The translations under genes were made by a program, and so were the position numbers. A DNA stretch of 64,000 bases from Pseudomonadota bacterium (GTDB lineage Bacteria > Bdellovibrionota_G > JALEGL01 > DATDPG01). Shown here piece after piece: positions 37,207 through 46,533 of the stretch (its first letter is position 1; every line of letters begins with the position of its first letter). The stretch spans positions 117,732-181,731 of the forward strand of contig JAZDDX010000016.1 of assembly GCA_043809315.1 (NCBI GenBank), written 5' to 3'. A model generated the notes under the pieces. It saw only the letters and a list, made by a program, of their open reading frames with translations. It did not search any database and was not told where the DNA came from.

Positions 37207-39236
37207 CGGCGCGAACCGTCCGATCCCTGTCGTTCCTCCTCCTTCCGGTGGTCCTATTCTTTCCGTATCTCACCGGGTCGAAACTCCTCGGGGGACCGGA
37301 CTTCGAGCAGACCTATCTCCCCTGGCAACTGTTCCTGATCCGACAGCTCCGCGAGGGGAACTTCCCCGCCTGGAATCCGTTCGCGATGTTCGGTCTCCCG
37401 GTCTGGGGACAGGTCGAAAATTCCTTTCTCTATCCTCCGCGCTGGATCCTCTTCTTCTCCCCCGAACGGACGATCGCCTGGTTCCTGCTGTTCCATTTCG
37501 TCGTGGCCCACTGGGGAAGTTTCCGCCTCGGGCGCAAACTCGGCCTCGGCTCTCTCCCCTCGTGGCTTCTCGGAGTCGTCTACACATGGAACGGATGGAC
37601 TGCCTCGCATCTTCTGGCCAACCACTGCTTCATTCTCGCCACCGTCGCCTGGTTCCCGCACCTCCTGACCGATCTGTTGTCGCTTCCGGAAAACCCCCGC
37701 TTCGGCCGTTCGCTCCTCCTCCTGTTCGGCGAGCTCTCTTTCTTGACCGGAGCTGGATCGCCGCAGATGGCGTACTACTCGCTTTTCGCGGTTTCGATCG
37801 CCGTCGCCTCGTTGCAGCCGACGTTGTTTATCAACCGTCGTTTTTGGATCGGTCTCGGGTTGGCGCTCGGGGGAGCCGCTTTCGTCGCCCTTCCTCATCT
37901 CTGGGCCACGCACGAACTTCACACACTTTCCCACCGTTCGGGGATCTGGCCGGTCGAGAAAGTCTCCTGGTTTGCCTTCAGCTTTCGTCGGATCGGCGAG
38001 ATCTTCTTCGGCCCCCCTCCCGGGTGGCTCCAGAGAACGGAGGACAGCTCCCTTTATGAAACCGGTTCGTATGCGGGGGCCGCCGCGGTTCTATTCGCCG
38101 CGTGGGGCCTCGCACGTCGTTTCCGGAGATCGGGCCCTCTTCTGATCGCGTTCGTTCTCTTTGCGGCTCTCGCCTCCGCTCAGCCGCCGTTCCTTCTGGA
38201 TTGGTTCCGGAACCTCCCCTCCGCCGCCCTCTTCCGGGCACCGGCACGATTCCTGGCGCCTGCGATGCTCTTTCTAGCGCTCTTAACTGCAATCGGGATC
38301 GATGACGTGAGAGGGTGGTTGCGAACGAAGCTGGGCGACCGCCCGGCCCGGATCGTCGACGGGGCGCTGTTCGTGGCGATCGTTCTTCCGCTCTTCCTCC
38401 ATATGCGACTTTACGTTCCGCAAGCCACCGATCGATTCCGGGAGATCCGCGAACAGATCGCCTTGTTCGCACGAGTCGAGACGGGGGATCGATCCCCGCG
38501 CCTCCTCCTCGGAGACGGCCCGATCGTCCCGAACGCGTTCTGGGAGAACGAGGTCGAGATGACGTCGGGGCGGTCGAATCTTTTCCTCGGCCGGTACCTC
38601 GGGTACCTCACCCCCCGCCTCTCCGCAAACGTAGAGGATATCCTTTCCGTGGCGATCCGCCCGCCGGCGACGCCCGCCGGTTTCATCGACGCGATGGCCG
38701 CTCCGTTCGAACTTTCAACGCACCTGCCGAAACCGGTCGCCGCGAATCGGATCGGTCCGTACTTTGTCGTTCGAAATCCGCGCGCCGTTCCGAAAGTCCG
38801 ATGGTTCGCAACGGGTACCGCCGTCGTGGATGAGAGAGAGGCACGCGAAATGCTGGCAACCGGCCACAATCCGGCCCGCGAACTTTGGTACGAAGGCCCG
38901 CCGTTCCCGGGAACGCGAACCGGTTCCGCGGGGCGCTGCGAATCCGAGCGTTTTTCGACCGATCGCTGGCGACTCCGCTGTTCTTCGTCCGGGCCTGGGT
39001 TCGTACAGATCGCACAATCGTATTATCCGGGTTGGCGTGCGCGCGTGAACGGCGTCGATGCTCCGATTCACCCGGCCCAGCTTCTGTTTCAGACCGTTTC
39101 GATCCCGGCTGGGAAAAGTGAGATCGATCTCACGTTCGTGCCGACCGGGCTCCGTCCGCAACTCATCCTCGTCCTCGAAACCTGTTCCCTCTTCCTAACG
39201 CTGGCGCTCTTCTTGTTGCCTCGACGGAACGGGTGA
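37203..39236 (+). CDS. YfhO family membrane protein (GT-C-like)
   Basis: PAWNPFAMFGLP, FLYP, RAPARF, YYPGWRARVNG...IPAG...F.P. Confidence 0.8.
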   Translation: MTARTVRSLSFLLLPVVLFFPYLTGSKLLGGPDFEQTYLPWQLFLIRQLREGNFPAWNPFAMFGLPVWGQVENSFLYPPRWILFFSPERTIAWFLLFHFVVAHWGSFRLGRKLGLGSLPSWLLGVVYTWNGWTASHLLANHCFILATVAWFPHLLTDLLSLPENPRFGRSLLLLFGELSFLTGAGSPQMAYYSLFAVSIAVASLQPTLFINRRFWIGLGLALGGAAFVALPHLWATHELHTLSHRSGIWPVEKVSWFAFSFRRIGEIFFGPPPGWLQRTEDSSLYETGSYAGAAAVLFAAWGLARRFRRSGPLLIAFVLFAALASAQPPFLLDWFRNLPSAALFRAPARFLAPAMLFLALLTAIGIDDVRGWLRTKLGDRPARIVDGALFVAIVLPLFLHMRLYVPQATDRFREIREQIALFARVETGDRSPRLLLGDGPIVPNAFWENEVEMTSGRSNLFLGRYLGYLTPRLSANVEDILSVAIRPPATPAGFIDAMAAPFELSTHLPKPVAANRIGPYFVVRNPRAVPKVRWFATGTAVVDEREAREMLATGHNPARELWYEGPPFPGTRTGSAGRCESERFSTDRWRLRCSSSGPGFVQIAQSYYPGWRARVNGVDAPIHPAQLLFQTVSIPAGKSEIDLTFVPTGLRPQLILVLETCSLFLTLALFLLPRRNG

Positions 39237-39682
39237 GATCTAATCTCCGCGTGCCGCACGAGCCGTCGACCTGGAAACCGACCGTTGCGATCTGGCTCTT
39301 CGCTTTTCTCCTCCTCCTCTTGACCAGCGGGCGGATGCCGATCTGGGGGGATGCCCAGCTGACTTCGTATGCCGCACAAGGGTTGATCGCACACGGGACT
39401 CCGGACGTTCCCCCTCAAGCCCGAATCGACGTCCTTGCGGGAACGGATGGCCGGTTCTACACCAAATACTCCTGGGTCCCGATCCTTCTGTCGGTCCCCC
39501 CCGCAGCCGTTCTTCCCTCCCTCGGCTCCGTCGAAACCCCGGCCTTGCGCCTTCTCTTCGTGAACTCCTGGATCGACGGATCGATCGAATCGGTCCTGGC
39601 GTCGTTTCTGTTGGCGGTAACCACGGTGTTGGCCGCAGGGTGGCTGATACGCATGATCCGACGGAGCCCGCACCGCTCATGA
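39233..39682 (+). CDS. Short membrane protein resembling the N-terminus of a GT-C-like protein (possibly truncated)
   Basis: TM + GD motif + GTDGRFYTKY loop, ends after about 3 TMs; overlaps both neighbours by 4 nt. Confidence 0.55.
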   Translation: MRSNLRVPHEPSTWKPTVAIWLFAFLLLLLTSGRMPIWGDAQLTSYAAQGLIAHGTPDVPPQARIDVLAGTDGRFYTKYSWVPILLSVPPAAVLPSLGSVETPALRLLFVNSWIDGSIESVLASFLLAVTTVLAAGWLIRMIRRSPHRS

Positions 39683-40395
39683 AGAGATCGATCGTCGTCA
39701 TTCCGACCTACAACGAAGCAGAGAACATCCCGGTGCTCGTCACCACGATCTGTTCGCTCGGACCCGGATACGAGGTTCTGGTGGTCGACGATTCCTCCCC
39801 CGACGGGACCGCCGCTTGCGTGGAAAAACTCCGCCGCGACCGTCCGGAGCTGGCCTCGCGGATTTCGCTACGGGTGCGACCGGGGAAAGGAGGGCTCGGG
39901 TCTGCCTATCGCGAAGGACTCACCGAAGCGTTGACCCGAAATCCCGACGCCGTCTTCCAGATGGACGCCGATTTTTCCCACGACCCGCAGGATCTTCCTC
40001 GCCTTCTCGAACGGCTCGAGGAGGCCGATCTCGTTCTCGGATCCCGCTACATACCGGGGGGAGGGACCGTTGGGTGGCCGTGGAAACGGGAACTCTTGAG
40101 CCGGGTCGCGAACCTGTACGCCAGATTCCTCCTTTGGGTGCCGGTGCACGATCTGACGGGGGGGTTCAAGTGTTTCCGGAAAGAGGCGCTTCGCGCCGCC
40201 GACCTCTCGCACCTCACGTCCGAGGGGTACACGTTCCAGATCGAAACGACCGCCCGCCTCCTGCGTAAAGGGTATCGCGTTGCCGAGGTCCCGATCCTCT
40301 TCCGCGAACGGACGCGGGGAAAAAGTAAGATTTCGTCGTGGAGGGTGATCCTCCAGACGGTCTGGCTCGTCCTACGGCTTCGTTTCAGCCAATAG
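39679..40395 (+). CDS. Polyprenol-monophosphomannose synthase (GT2, Dpm1/Ppm1-like)
   Basis: IPTYNEAEN, VDDSSPDGT, GLGSAY, MDADFSH, GSRY, DLTGGF, FQIE. Confidence 0.92.
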   Translation: MKRSIVVIPTYNEAENIPVLVTTICSLGPGYEVLVVDDSSPDGTAACVEKLRRDRPELASRISLRVRPGKGGLGSAYREGLTEALTRNPDAVFQMDADFSHDPQDLPRLLERLEEADLVLGSRYIPGGGTVGWPWKRELLSRVANLYARFLLWVPVHDLTGGFKCFRKEALRAADLSHLTSEGYTFQIETTARLLRKGYRVAEVPILFRERTRGKSKISSWRVILQTVWLVLRLRFSQ

Positions 40396-41772
40396 CGTTT
40401 CGTTCGCGGAGACCAGGTAAACATCCTCGATCTTTACGGCACGCGCTTGCGGCCATAGCCGGATCAAAGTCGAAGCATCCTCGGCATTCTTGACCACAAA
40501 CATTTGCGGCACGGATCCCGCCGCCTCCACGTGGATCGACGTCCGGGAATGGTCGAAGCGGACATGGACAAACCGATCCGGCCGGTCCGATGCCACTGCC
40601 AAATGCATGCCCCGGAGCGGATCGAGATCGACGCCGACGGGATTCTTCCGGATCATCCGATTCCAGGTCGGCGAGGAACGAAGCTTCGTACCGGCCCGCA
40701 ACATCTCCTCATCAAGTTTCGAAGCGTGATTCGGGAGAAGCGCGACCTGATACCCGATCGAAACCGCTAAAAGCGCCCCGATCCAGCCGGAACCGACCCA
40801 ACGACGTTCCCAGATCAAACCCAGGAACGATCCGGCGACACCGAGAAGAAAAAGACCCGATACCGAGAAAGAACGAAGAGGAAAGACGGTTGGGATCCGA
40901 CCCCAGATGATCGCCGTCTCCAACGCCAGGGCACCCACCCCTGCGACCGCAAGCGCGTGAAGATTCCGCGGAAGCCGTCTCCACGTCGCCGCAAGCACCG
41001 CCAAACCAAGGAGGGGAATCGCGAAGACATGCAGAAATTCGATCGCAAGTTCGGCGAACGGTTGATTGGCCCCATAGAACGTCCGTGAATCGTCCGCCTG
41101 GAAGCGAATGGCAAAGAACGGATCCCCCCAGGTGAACATCATCAACGACATCCAAAGAATCGGGAACGCCCAGGACGCGACGACGGGAAAGAGCGACTCC
41201 AGCCTTCTCTCCCGTCCGATCACGTATAGGCCGAAACCTGCGGCGACCGGCCAGGCGAACCAGCGGTCCATCGACATCAGGAGGAGAAGAAGGACCGACA
41301 TCCAAAGCTGAATACGCGAAGAAGTGCGGATCCATGCGAGAAATGCCAGGACGAATGCCAAGACAAGAACGTTGAAAAACGGCTCGCTCAGCATCGAGAC
41401 CCCGAACCAGACGTAAAGAGGGGACGAGGCGATCAGCAACGCGGAACAGAGCGACGCACGCGGCGATCCGGTCATCGTTTCCGTGAGCCTCGCACCGAGA
41501 AAAACCGTCGCTCCCGCGCAAAGGGCGTTTAGGAGGTGGATCGCCACCAGTCCCTTTCCGGTCAGATATCCGGGGAGGCCGAAGAGGATGCTGTGGAGAG
41601 GCAGCCAATAGATCACCTGGTACAGATTCGGCCGGTGCCACCAGGTCATGGCGAAAAAGGCGCGGCTGATGCAGTCGGTGCAAACAGCCACGACTCCCAA
41701 CTCATAGGCGGCAAATGAAGTCATCGCCGACAGAATCGCGACGACGATCGTCCAACGACGAAAACCGTTCAT
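40372..41772 (-). CDS. GT39/ArnT-like membrane glycosyltransferase
   Basis: Multi-TM; D..SR, WLPLH, SP.Y...MLSEP motifs. Confidence 0.65.
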   Translation of the reverse strand: MNGFRRWTIVVAILSAMTSFAAYELGVVAVCTDCISRAFFAMTWWHRPNLYQVIYWLPLHSILFGLPGYLTGKGLVAIHLLNALCAGATVFLGARLTETMTGSPRASLCSALLIASSPLYVWFGVSMLSEPFFNVLVLAFVLAFLAWIRTSSRIQLWMSVLLLLLMSMDRWFAWPVAAGFGLYVIGRERRLESLFPVVASWAFPILWMSLMMFTWGDPFFAIRFQADDSRTFYGANQPFAELAIEFLHVFAIPLLGLAVLAATWRRLPRNLHALAVAGVGALALETAIIWGRIPTVFPLRSFSVSGLFLLGVAGSFLGLIWERRWVGSGWIGALLAVSIGYQVALLPNHASKLDEEMLRAGTKLRSSPTWNRMIRKNPVGVDLDPLRGMHLAVASDRPDRFVHVRFDHSRTSIHVEAAGSVPQMFVVKNAEDASTLIRLWPQARAVKIEDVYLVSANETLLAETKP

Positions 41773-42407
41773 AGCCGGGGATTCTTCATCCCGGACGGGG
41801 ACGGAGTCGGGCTACCTGTTGCAGCTTCCGTCGGAGAAGGCGTCGGGGTCGCGGCCTGGATCGCCGCCAGACGGTCCCCGACCGCGGTCATGATCTTCGG
41901 AAGGAACTTTTTCGCCCCCCAGGCGACGAGCCATCGGGGAAGACCCATCCCGATATCGACCGTGACCCGCATCCGGATCGCGCTCTTCTCCTCCTCCGCC
42001 ACGACTTCGAGGGTCCCGACGTTCTTCTTGATGTTCCCGTCGAGCATCTCCCAGGAGACGCGATGGGCGTCGACGTCCCGCGTGAGCGACAGGATGTTCC
42101 AGATGTTCGGGAGAGGCCACGGGATGTTGAGAAGGATATAGACCCGCTCCTTTTGATCCGAGGTCCCCAGCGACTCGCTCGCAAGCACCCGGGGAACGAA
42201 CTTCGGATAGTCCGAAATCGCGTTGATCAGCCGCCAGGTATTCTCGACGTCGGCCGGAAAGTGCGCCTCGCAGGTCACCAGCCGGACGCGCGAGCCGGCC
42301 ACCGGCTTCGATGACGCCTGGATCTGATACGGCTCGGCCGTTTGACAAAAGGCAGAAGTCGTCCAGAGAACGATCGAAACCGGGAATGACCAGGTAGCGT
42401 TCTGCAC
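41769..42407 (-). CDS. Secreted SRPBCC/START-like protein
   Basis: Signal peptide; W..I....YPKFVP, PWP, W....GNIK...G, LPRWLV; PT-rich tail. Confidence 0.7.
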   Translation of the reverse strand: MQNATWSFPVSIVLWTTSAFCQTAEPYQIQASSKPVAGSRVRLVTCEAHFPADVENTWRLINAISDYPKFVPRVLASESLGTSDQKERVYILLNIPWPLPNIWNILSLTRDVDAHRVSWEMLDGNIKKNVGTLEVVAEEEKSAIRMRVTVDIGMGLPRWLVAWGAKKFLPKIMTAVGDRLAAIQAATPTPSPTEAATGSPTPSPSGMKNPRL

Positions 42408-42473
42408 GCGGGGCTAATCTAAAGGGAAAAACGTTTTGACACCACAGGTTCCGACGTCTACGGTTCTGGACGC

Positions 42474-43877
42474 ATGGCAACCGGATCCCGCGCGGCAACG
42501 ACCCTCCTGGCGCGGCTTTCCTCCACGTCCCCGGCTTTCGAGGTCTGGACCGACCCCGGACGGATCGAGGCGTATCTGCACGACGAGGCGGCCCGTGCGA
42601 AAGAGCCGTGCGCCGCGGTTCTTTTCCCCCGCTCCACCGCCGAGGTCGCCCAAGTTCTCCGTCTCGCTTCCGAATTAGGGGTTCCGATCGTTCCCCGAGG
42701 GGCCGGCTCCGGTTTGAGCGGAGCCGCCGTCCCTTCCCGTGATTCGATCGTTCTGTCGCTGGAACGGATGAACCGGATTTTCACGATCGACGAAGTCGAT
42801 GCCATCGCCGTGGTCGAACCGGGTGTGATCACGGGCGCGATCCGGGCGGCGGTCGAGGAGAAAGGTCTTTTTTACCCTCCGATCCCGGCAAGTATCGACC
42901 TCTGCACGATCGGCGGGAACGTCGCCACGAACGCCGGCGGTCTTTGCGCGGTGAAGTACGGCGTCACGCGCGAGTATGTCCTCGGCCTCGAAGTGGTTCT
43001 CCCCACGGGCGACGTCATTGAAACCGGGGGGCGGTACCTCAAGAACTCGACCGGATACAACCTCACGCAACTGATCACCGGCTCCGAAGGAACTCTCGGG
43101 GTGATCACGAAGATCATTCTCCGCTTGCGGCCGCTCCCGAGGGAACGGGTCACGCTTCTCGCCCCGTTCCGGCGTTTGAGCGAAGTATCAAACGCGGTGG
43201 TCGCGATCCTCGCCGAGCGGATCGTCCCTCCGACGCTGGAGCTGCTCCCCAAAGGTGCGGTCCGGTGCGTCCTTGCCCGCCACACCGAGCTTTCGTATCC
43301 GTTCCCCGACCACGAAGCCTCCCTCCTGATCGAACTCGACAGCCGCGATGGAGCTTCGATCCCCGGCGAGGTCGAAACGCTGCAGAAGGTGCTGGAGCGA
43401 TGCGGTTCCCCCGACCCTCTCGTCGCGACATCGACGGCTCAGCGTGATCAGCTCTGGTCTCTCCGGAAACAGATCCGCGATTCGATCGCGAACTCCGGTG
43501 ACTTCATCGAAGCCGACAGCGTAGTCCCGCGCCGGAACCTCCCGGCGCTGGTCGAAGCGGCCGAGACGATCGGAAAACAGTTCCATCTCGAAGTGATCAG
43601 TTACGGCCACGCAGGGGACGGGAACCTCCACACTTACTTCCGGAGAGGGGAGACACCCAAGACGGGATGGGAGACACTCTCGAAGAAAGCTTTGACGGCG
43701 TTTTTTGAAAAAACGATTGCCCTCGGCGGCACTCTTTCCGGCGAGCACGGGATCGGGCTCTTGAAGAAAGAGTATCTTCCGATGGCCCTCTCCCAAGCCC
43801 AGATCGATCTCATGAGGCGCCTCAAAAAAGCGTTCGACCCGAAGAACATCCTGAACCCCGGAAAGGTTATCCCTTAA
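42474..43877 (+). CDS. FAD-linked oxidoreductase, GlcD/D-lactate dehydrogenase family
   Basis: PRGAGSGLSG, TIGGNVATNAGG, GSEGTLG, GHAGDGNLH, GEHGIG, DPKNILNPGK. Confidence 0.92.
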   Translation: MATGSRAATTLLARLSSTSPAFEVWTDPGRIEAYLHDEAARAKEPCAAVLFPRSTAEVAQVLRLASELGVPIVPRGAGSGLSGAAVPSRDSIVLSLERMNRIFTIDEVDAIAVVEPGVITGAIRAAVEEKGLFYPPIPASIDLCTIGGNVATNAGGLCAVKYGVTREYVLGLEVVLPTGDVIETGGRYLKNSTGYNLTQLITGSEGTLGVITKIILRLRPLPRERVTLLAPFRRLSEVSNAVVAILAERIVPPTLELLPKGAVRCVLARHTELSYPFPDHEASLLIELDSRDGASIPGEVETLQKVLERCGSPDPLVATSTAQRDQLWSLRKQIRDSIANSGDFIEADSVVPRRNLPALVEAAETIGKQFHLEVISYGHAGDGNLHTYFRRGETPKTGWETLSKKALTAFFEKTIALGGTLSGEHGIGLLKKEYLPMALSQAQIDLMRRLKKAFDPKNILNPGKVIP

Positions 43878-45437
43878 ATGACCCTCGTCCTGACCGAACA
43901 GAGAAACCCCCTTTCCGAAGACCTCGATACGAAATCGAGTCTCGAAATCGTGGAGATCATCAACCGGGAGGATGGGCGGATCGCCAAAGCGATTTTCGAC
44001 GCGAAGGCTTCGATCGCAAACGCGATCGACTGGGCGGCCGAATCGTTCGCCAAAGGGGGGCGCCTTTTTTATGTCGGAGCGGGAACGAGCGGACGCCTCG
44101 GAGTTCTCGACGCCGCCGAGTGCCCGCCGACGTTCGGTGTGGAACCGACGCAGGTGCAAGCATTGATCGCGGGGGGGAGACGAACGCTCACACGCTCGGC
44201 GGAGGGAGCGGAGGACAACGCCAAAGCGGGAGCGCGCGAGATCGCCGCCAAGAAGGTGACCCGGAAAGATGTCGTCATCGGGATCTCGGCCGGATCGACC
44301 ACGGCGTATGTCCTCGGCGCTCTGCAGGAGGCACGGAAACGGAAGGCGAGAACGGCGCTCCTCACCTGTACTCCCCTTCGCGACCGGGGGGATTTCGTCG
44401 ATCTCGTGATCACGGCGCTGACCGGACCCGAGATCCTGACCGGATCGACCCGGATGAAGGCGGGGAGTGCGACGAAGATGATCCTCAACACGATCTCGAC
44501 CGGGGCGATGATCCGGAGCGGGCGGACGTACGGGAACCTGATGGTCGATCTCCGCTGCTCGAACCGGAAGCTGGTCGAACGCGGGGTCCGGATCGTGGAG
44601 AACGTGACCCGGATCCCGACGGTTGAGGCCCGGTCGCTCCTGAAAGCGGCGGGGTACGACGTGAAGGTCGCGCTCGCCATGCAGCTGTATGCGCTCTCAC
44701 GCGCCGAGGCGCGCAAGCGGTTGAAAGAAAATGACGGCTTCCTCCGGAGGCTGGTTGATTTCACGCACTCGAAGAATCCCCGGATCGAGGCGATTTTCTT
44801 CGACATGGACGGCACGATCGTCCAGTACGGGCTGCCGACCGGCTTCTCGACCTGGGCCGCCCTCGGATGGGCGTACGGGCTCTTCAACGAGATGGAGGAG
44901 TGGGTGGACCACTACCTTTCCGGCAAATTGGGCTACGAGGAGATTTGGGAAGCGTGTGCGAAACGTCTCCAAGGGCAACCGTATGCGAAGGCGTACGATA
45001 CGCTATTCCCCTGTGCCGGCAGCCCTCCCTACAGCCGCGGTTTTTCGGAGTGCGTGAAGATGCTCCGGCCGCACTACCGCCTCGGGATCATCTCGAGCGG
45101 CCTCAGCATGGTCTCGCAGGAGATCCGCAAGAAATTGAACCTCGATTTCGAGATCTCGAACGAGATCGGGATGGCGCGCGGAACGTTCGACGGCGGGTAC
45201 CGGGTCCGCGTTCCGTTCGATCGGAAGCTCGACGTGGTTCGAGCGCAGGCGGACAAGATGAAAATCCCGCTCAAGCGGATCTGTTTCATCGGGGACTCCC
45301 CGAACGACGTCGAGGTCCTCAAGGCGGTCGGGTTCCCGGTGGCCTATAATCCCAAGACCCCGGAAGTGGCAACGGCAGCTAAAGGAGCCGTGATCGGCGA
45401 TTTCCTTCAGCTGCCGCGCTTATTAGAAACCTTCTAG
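43878..45437 (+). CDS. murQ: N-acetylmuramic acid 6-phosphate etherase fused to a C-terminal HAD phosphatase
   Basis: TEQRNP, GAGTSGRLGVLDAAECPPTFG, EGAED, GPEILTGSTRMKAGSATKMILN, NLMVD; then FFDMDGT...IISSG...K...GDSPND HAD motifs. Confidence 0.9.
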   Translation: MTLVLTEQRNPLSEDLDTKSSLEIVEIINREDGRIAKAIFDAKASIANAIDWAAESFAKGGRLFYVGAGTSGRLGVLDAAECPPTFGVEPTQVQALIAGGRRTLTRSAEGAEDNAKAGAREIAAKKVTRKDVVIGISAGSTTAYVLGALQEARKRKARTALLTCTPLRDRGDFVDLVITALTGPEILTGSTRMKAGSATKMILNTISTGAMIRSGRTYGNLMVDLRCSNRKLVERGVRIVENVTRIPTVEARSLLKAAGYDVKVALAMQLYALSRAEARKRLKENDGFLRRLVDFTHSKNPRIEAIFFDMDGTIVQYGLPTGFSTWAALGWAYGLFNEMEEWVDHYLSGKLGYEEIWEACAKRLQGQPYAKAYDTLFPCAGSPPYSRGFSECVKMLRPHYRLGIISSGLSMVSQEIRKKLNLDFEISNEIGMARGTFDGGYRVRVPFDRKLDVVRAQADKMKIPLKRICFIGDSPNDVEVLKAVGFPVAYNPKTPEVATAAKGAVIGDFLQLPRLLETF

Positions 45438-45439
45438 CG

Positions 45440-46189
45440 CTATTTGGACTTCTCCGTGCCCGGAAGCTTCGGAAGCGTCCGGAGGTAATGGTTGAGCTTC
45501 AGCTTCAACCAGTCCTCCTCCCAGTCGATCCAGAGCCTTGCGGCGGCCTTCGGCTGATCCTTGGGCACGACTTTCTGGGTAAGGGAAAGGAATCCGAGCT
45601 TCCGGCCATTCCCTTTCTTCTCGGCCATCTCGACGACCGGAGCACAACGGTGGAGCTGCGTTTTGTCGTCATCTTTCCACCAGGCTCCGAACGCCCCGTC
45701 CCAACACGGCCTGATGACGATCTTCTGGAGGCGACCTTCCGTCATGTAGTACGTCCAGAACGAGTTACTTTCCTTCCCGGCATTCGACGCCTGGGACGCT
45801 AGGTTGTACTCCTCGACCCCCTTGGCTTGGATTGTGTTGACTGTCCGCTTCGCCAGTTCGCTGTACAGCTTGACCGCATCGTTACAAGAGAAGGTCTTAT
45901 GAACACTTGCCGAGTCCTTCTCCAAAAGATCGAACCAAAGCTCCAGCGGAATTTCCGGCCCGTAAAAGGCGATCGTAACGACCAGCTTGTGAGTCACGCC
46001 CTGGGCATCTCTTTTGATCGGGTCCGGTTTCGGATTCTTGGGATCCTTGTACTCTTTTTGAAGCGGAATCTGGCTCAGGATCTTCTGGAGACAGGCATCA
46101 TCCGACACCTTTTTCTCTCCCGCGTATCCCGGGACCGAAACCATCGCGGCGATTGCAGCCGCCAGAATTATCGTCAAACACCGACCCAT
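45440..46189 (-). CDS. Secreted hypothetical protein
   Basis: SD AAGGAGG before ATG 46189; signal peptide; Lys-rich. Confidence 0.72.
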   Translation of the reverse strand: MGRCLTIILAAAIAAMVSVPGYAGEKKVSDDACLQKILSQIPLQKEYKDPKNPKPDPIKRDAQGVTHKLVVTIAFYGPEIPLELWFDLLEKDSASVHKTFSCNDAVKLYSELAKRTVNTIQAKGVEEYNLASQASNAGKESNSFWTYYMTEGRLQKIVIRPCWDGAFGAWWKDDDKTQLHRCAPVVEMAEKKGNGRKLGFLSLTQKVVPKDQPKAAARLWIDWEEDWLKLKLNHYLRTLPKLPGTEKSK

Positions 46190-46326
46190 TACATCCTCCT
46201 TGCCAAAGGGGTTACGTCGAACCTGTCGCGTTGCAATACCTCCGACGACGCATGCCGTCAAGGGTCTTTCCGGACCAAAAAACGTGATAATTGAGGTATA
46301 TCAACTAAAGTGCGCTCGACCCGGAC

Positions 46327-46402
<76 letters not shown>

Positions 46403-46455
46403 CCTCTTCCTTCTCAAACGGCGGGAAGTGAGGTATGGCGCCGTTTCCTTCTAGT

Positions 46456-46533
46456 GGTGAGCGTAGCTCAGTTGGTTAGAGCACCAGGTTGTGGCCCTGG
46501 GGGTCGCGGGTTCAAATCCCGTCGCTCACCCCA
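46456..46533 (+). tRNA. tRNA-His(GTG)
   Basis: G-1, GTGAGCG...CGCTCAC-C-CCA; anticodon loop TTGTGGC. Confidence 0.95.
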
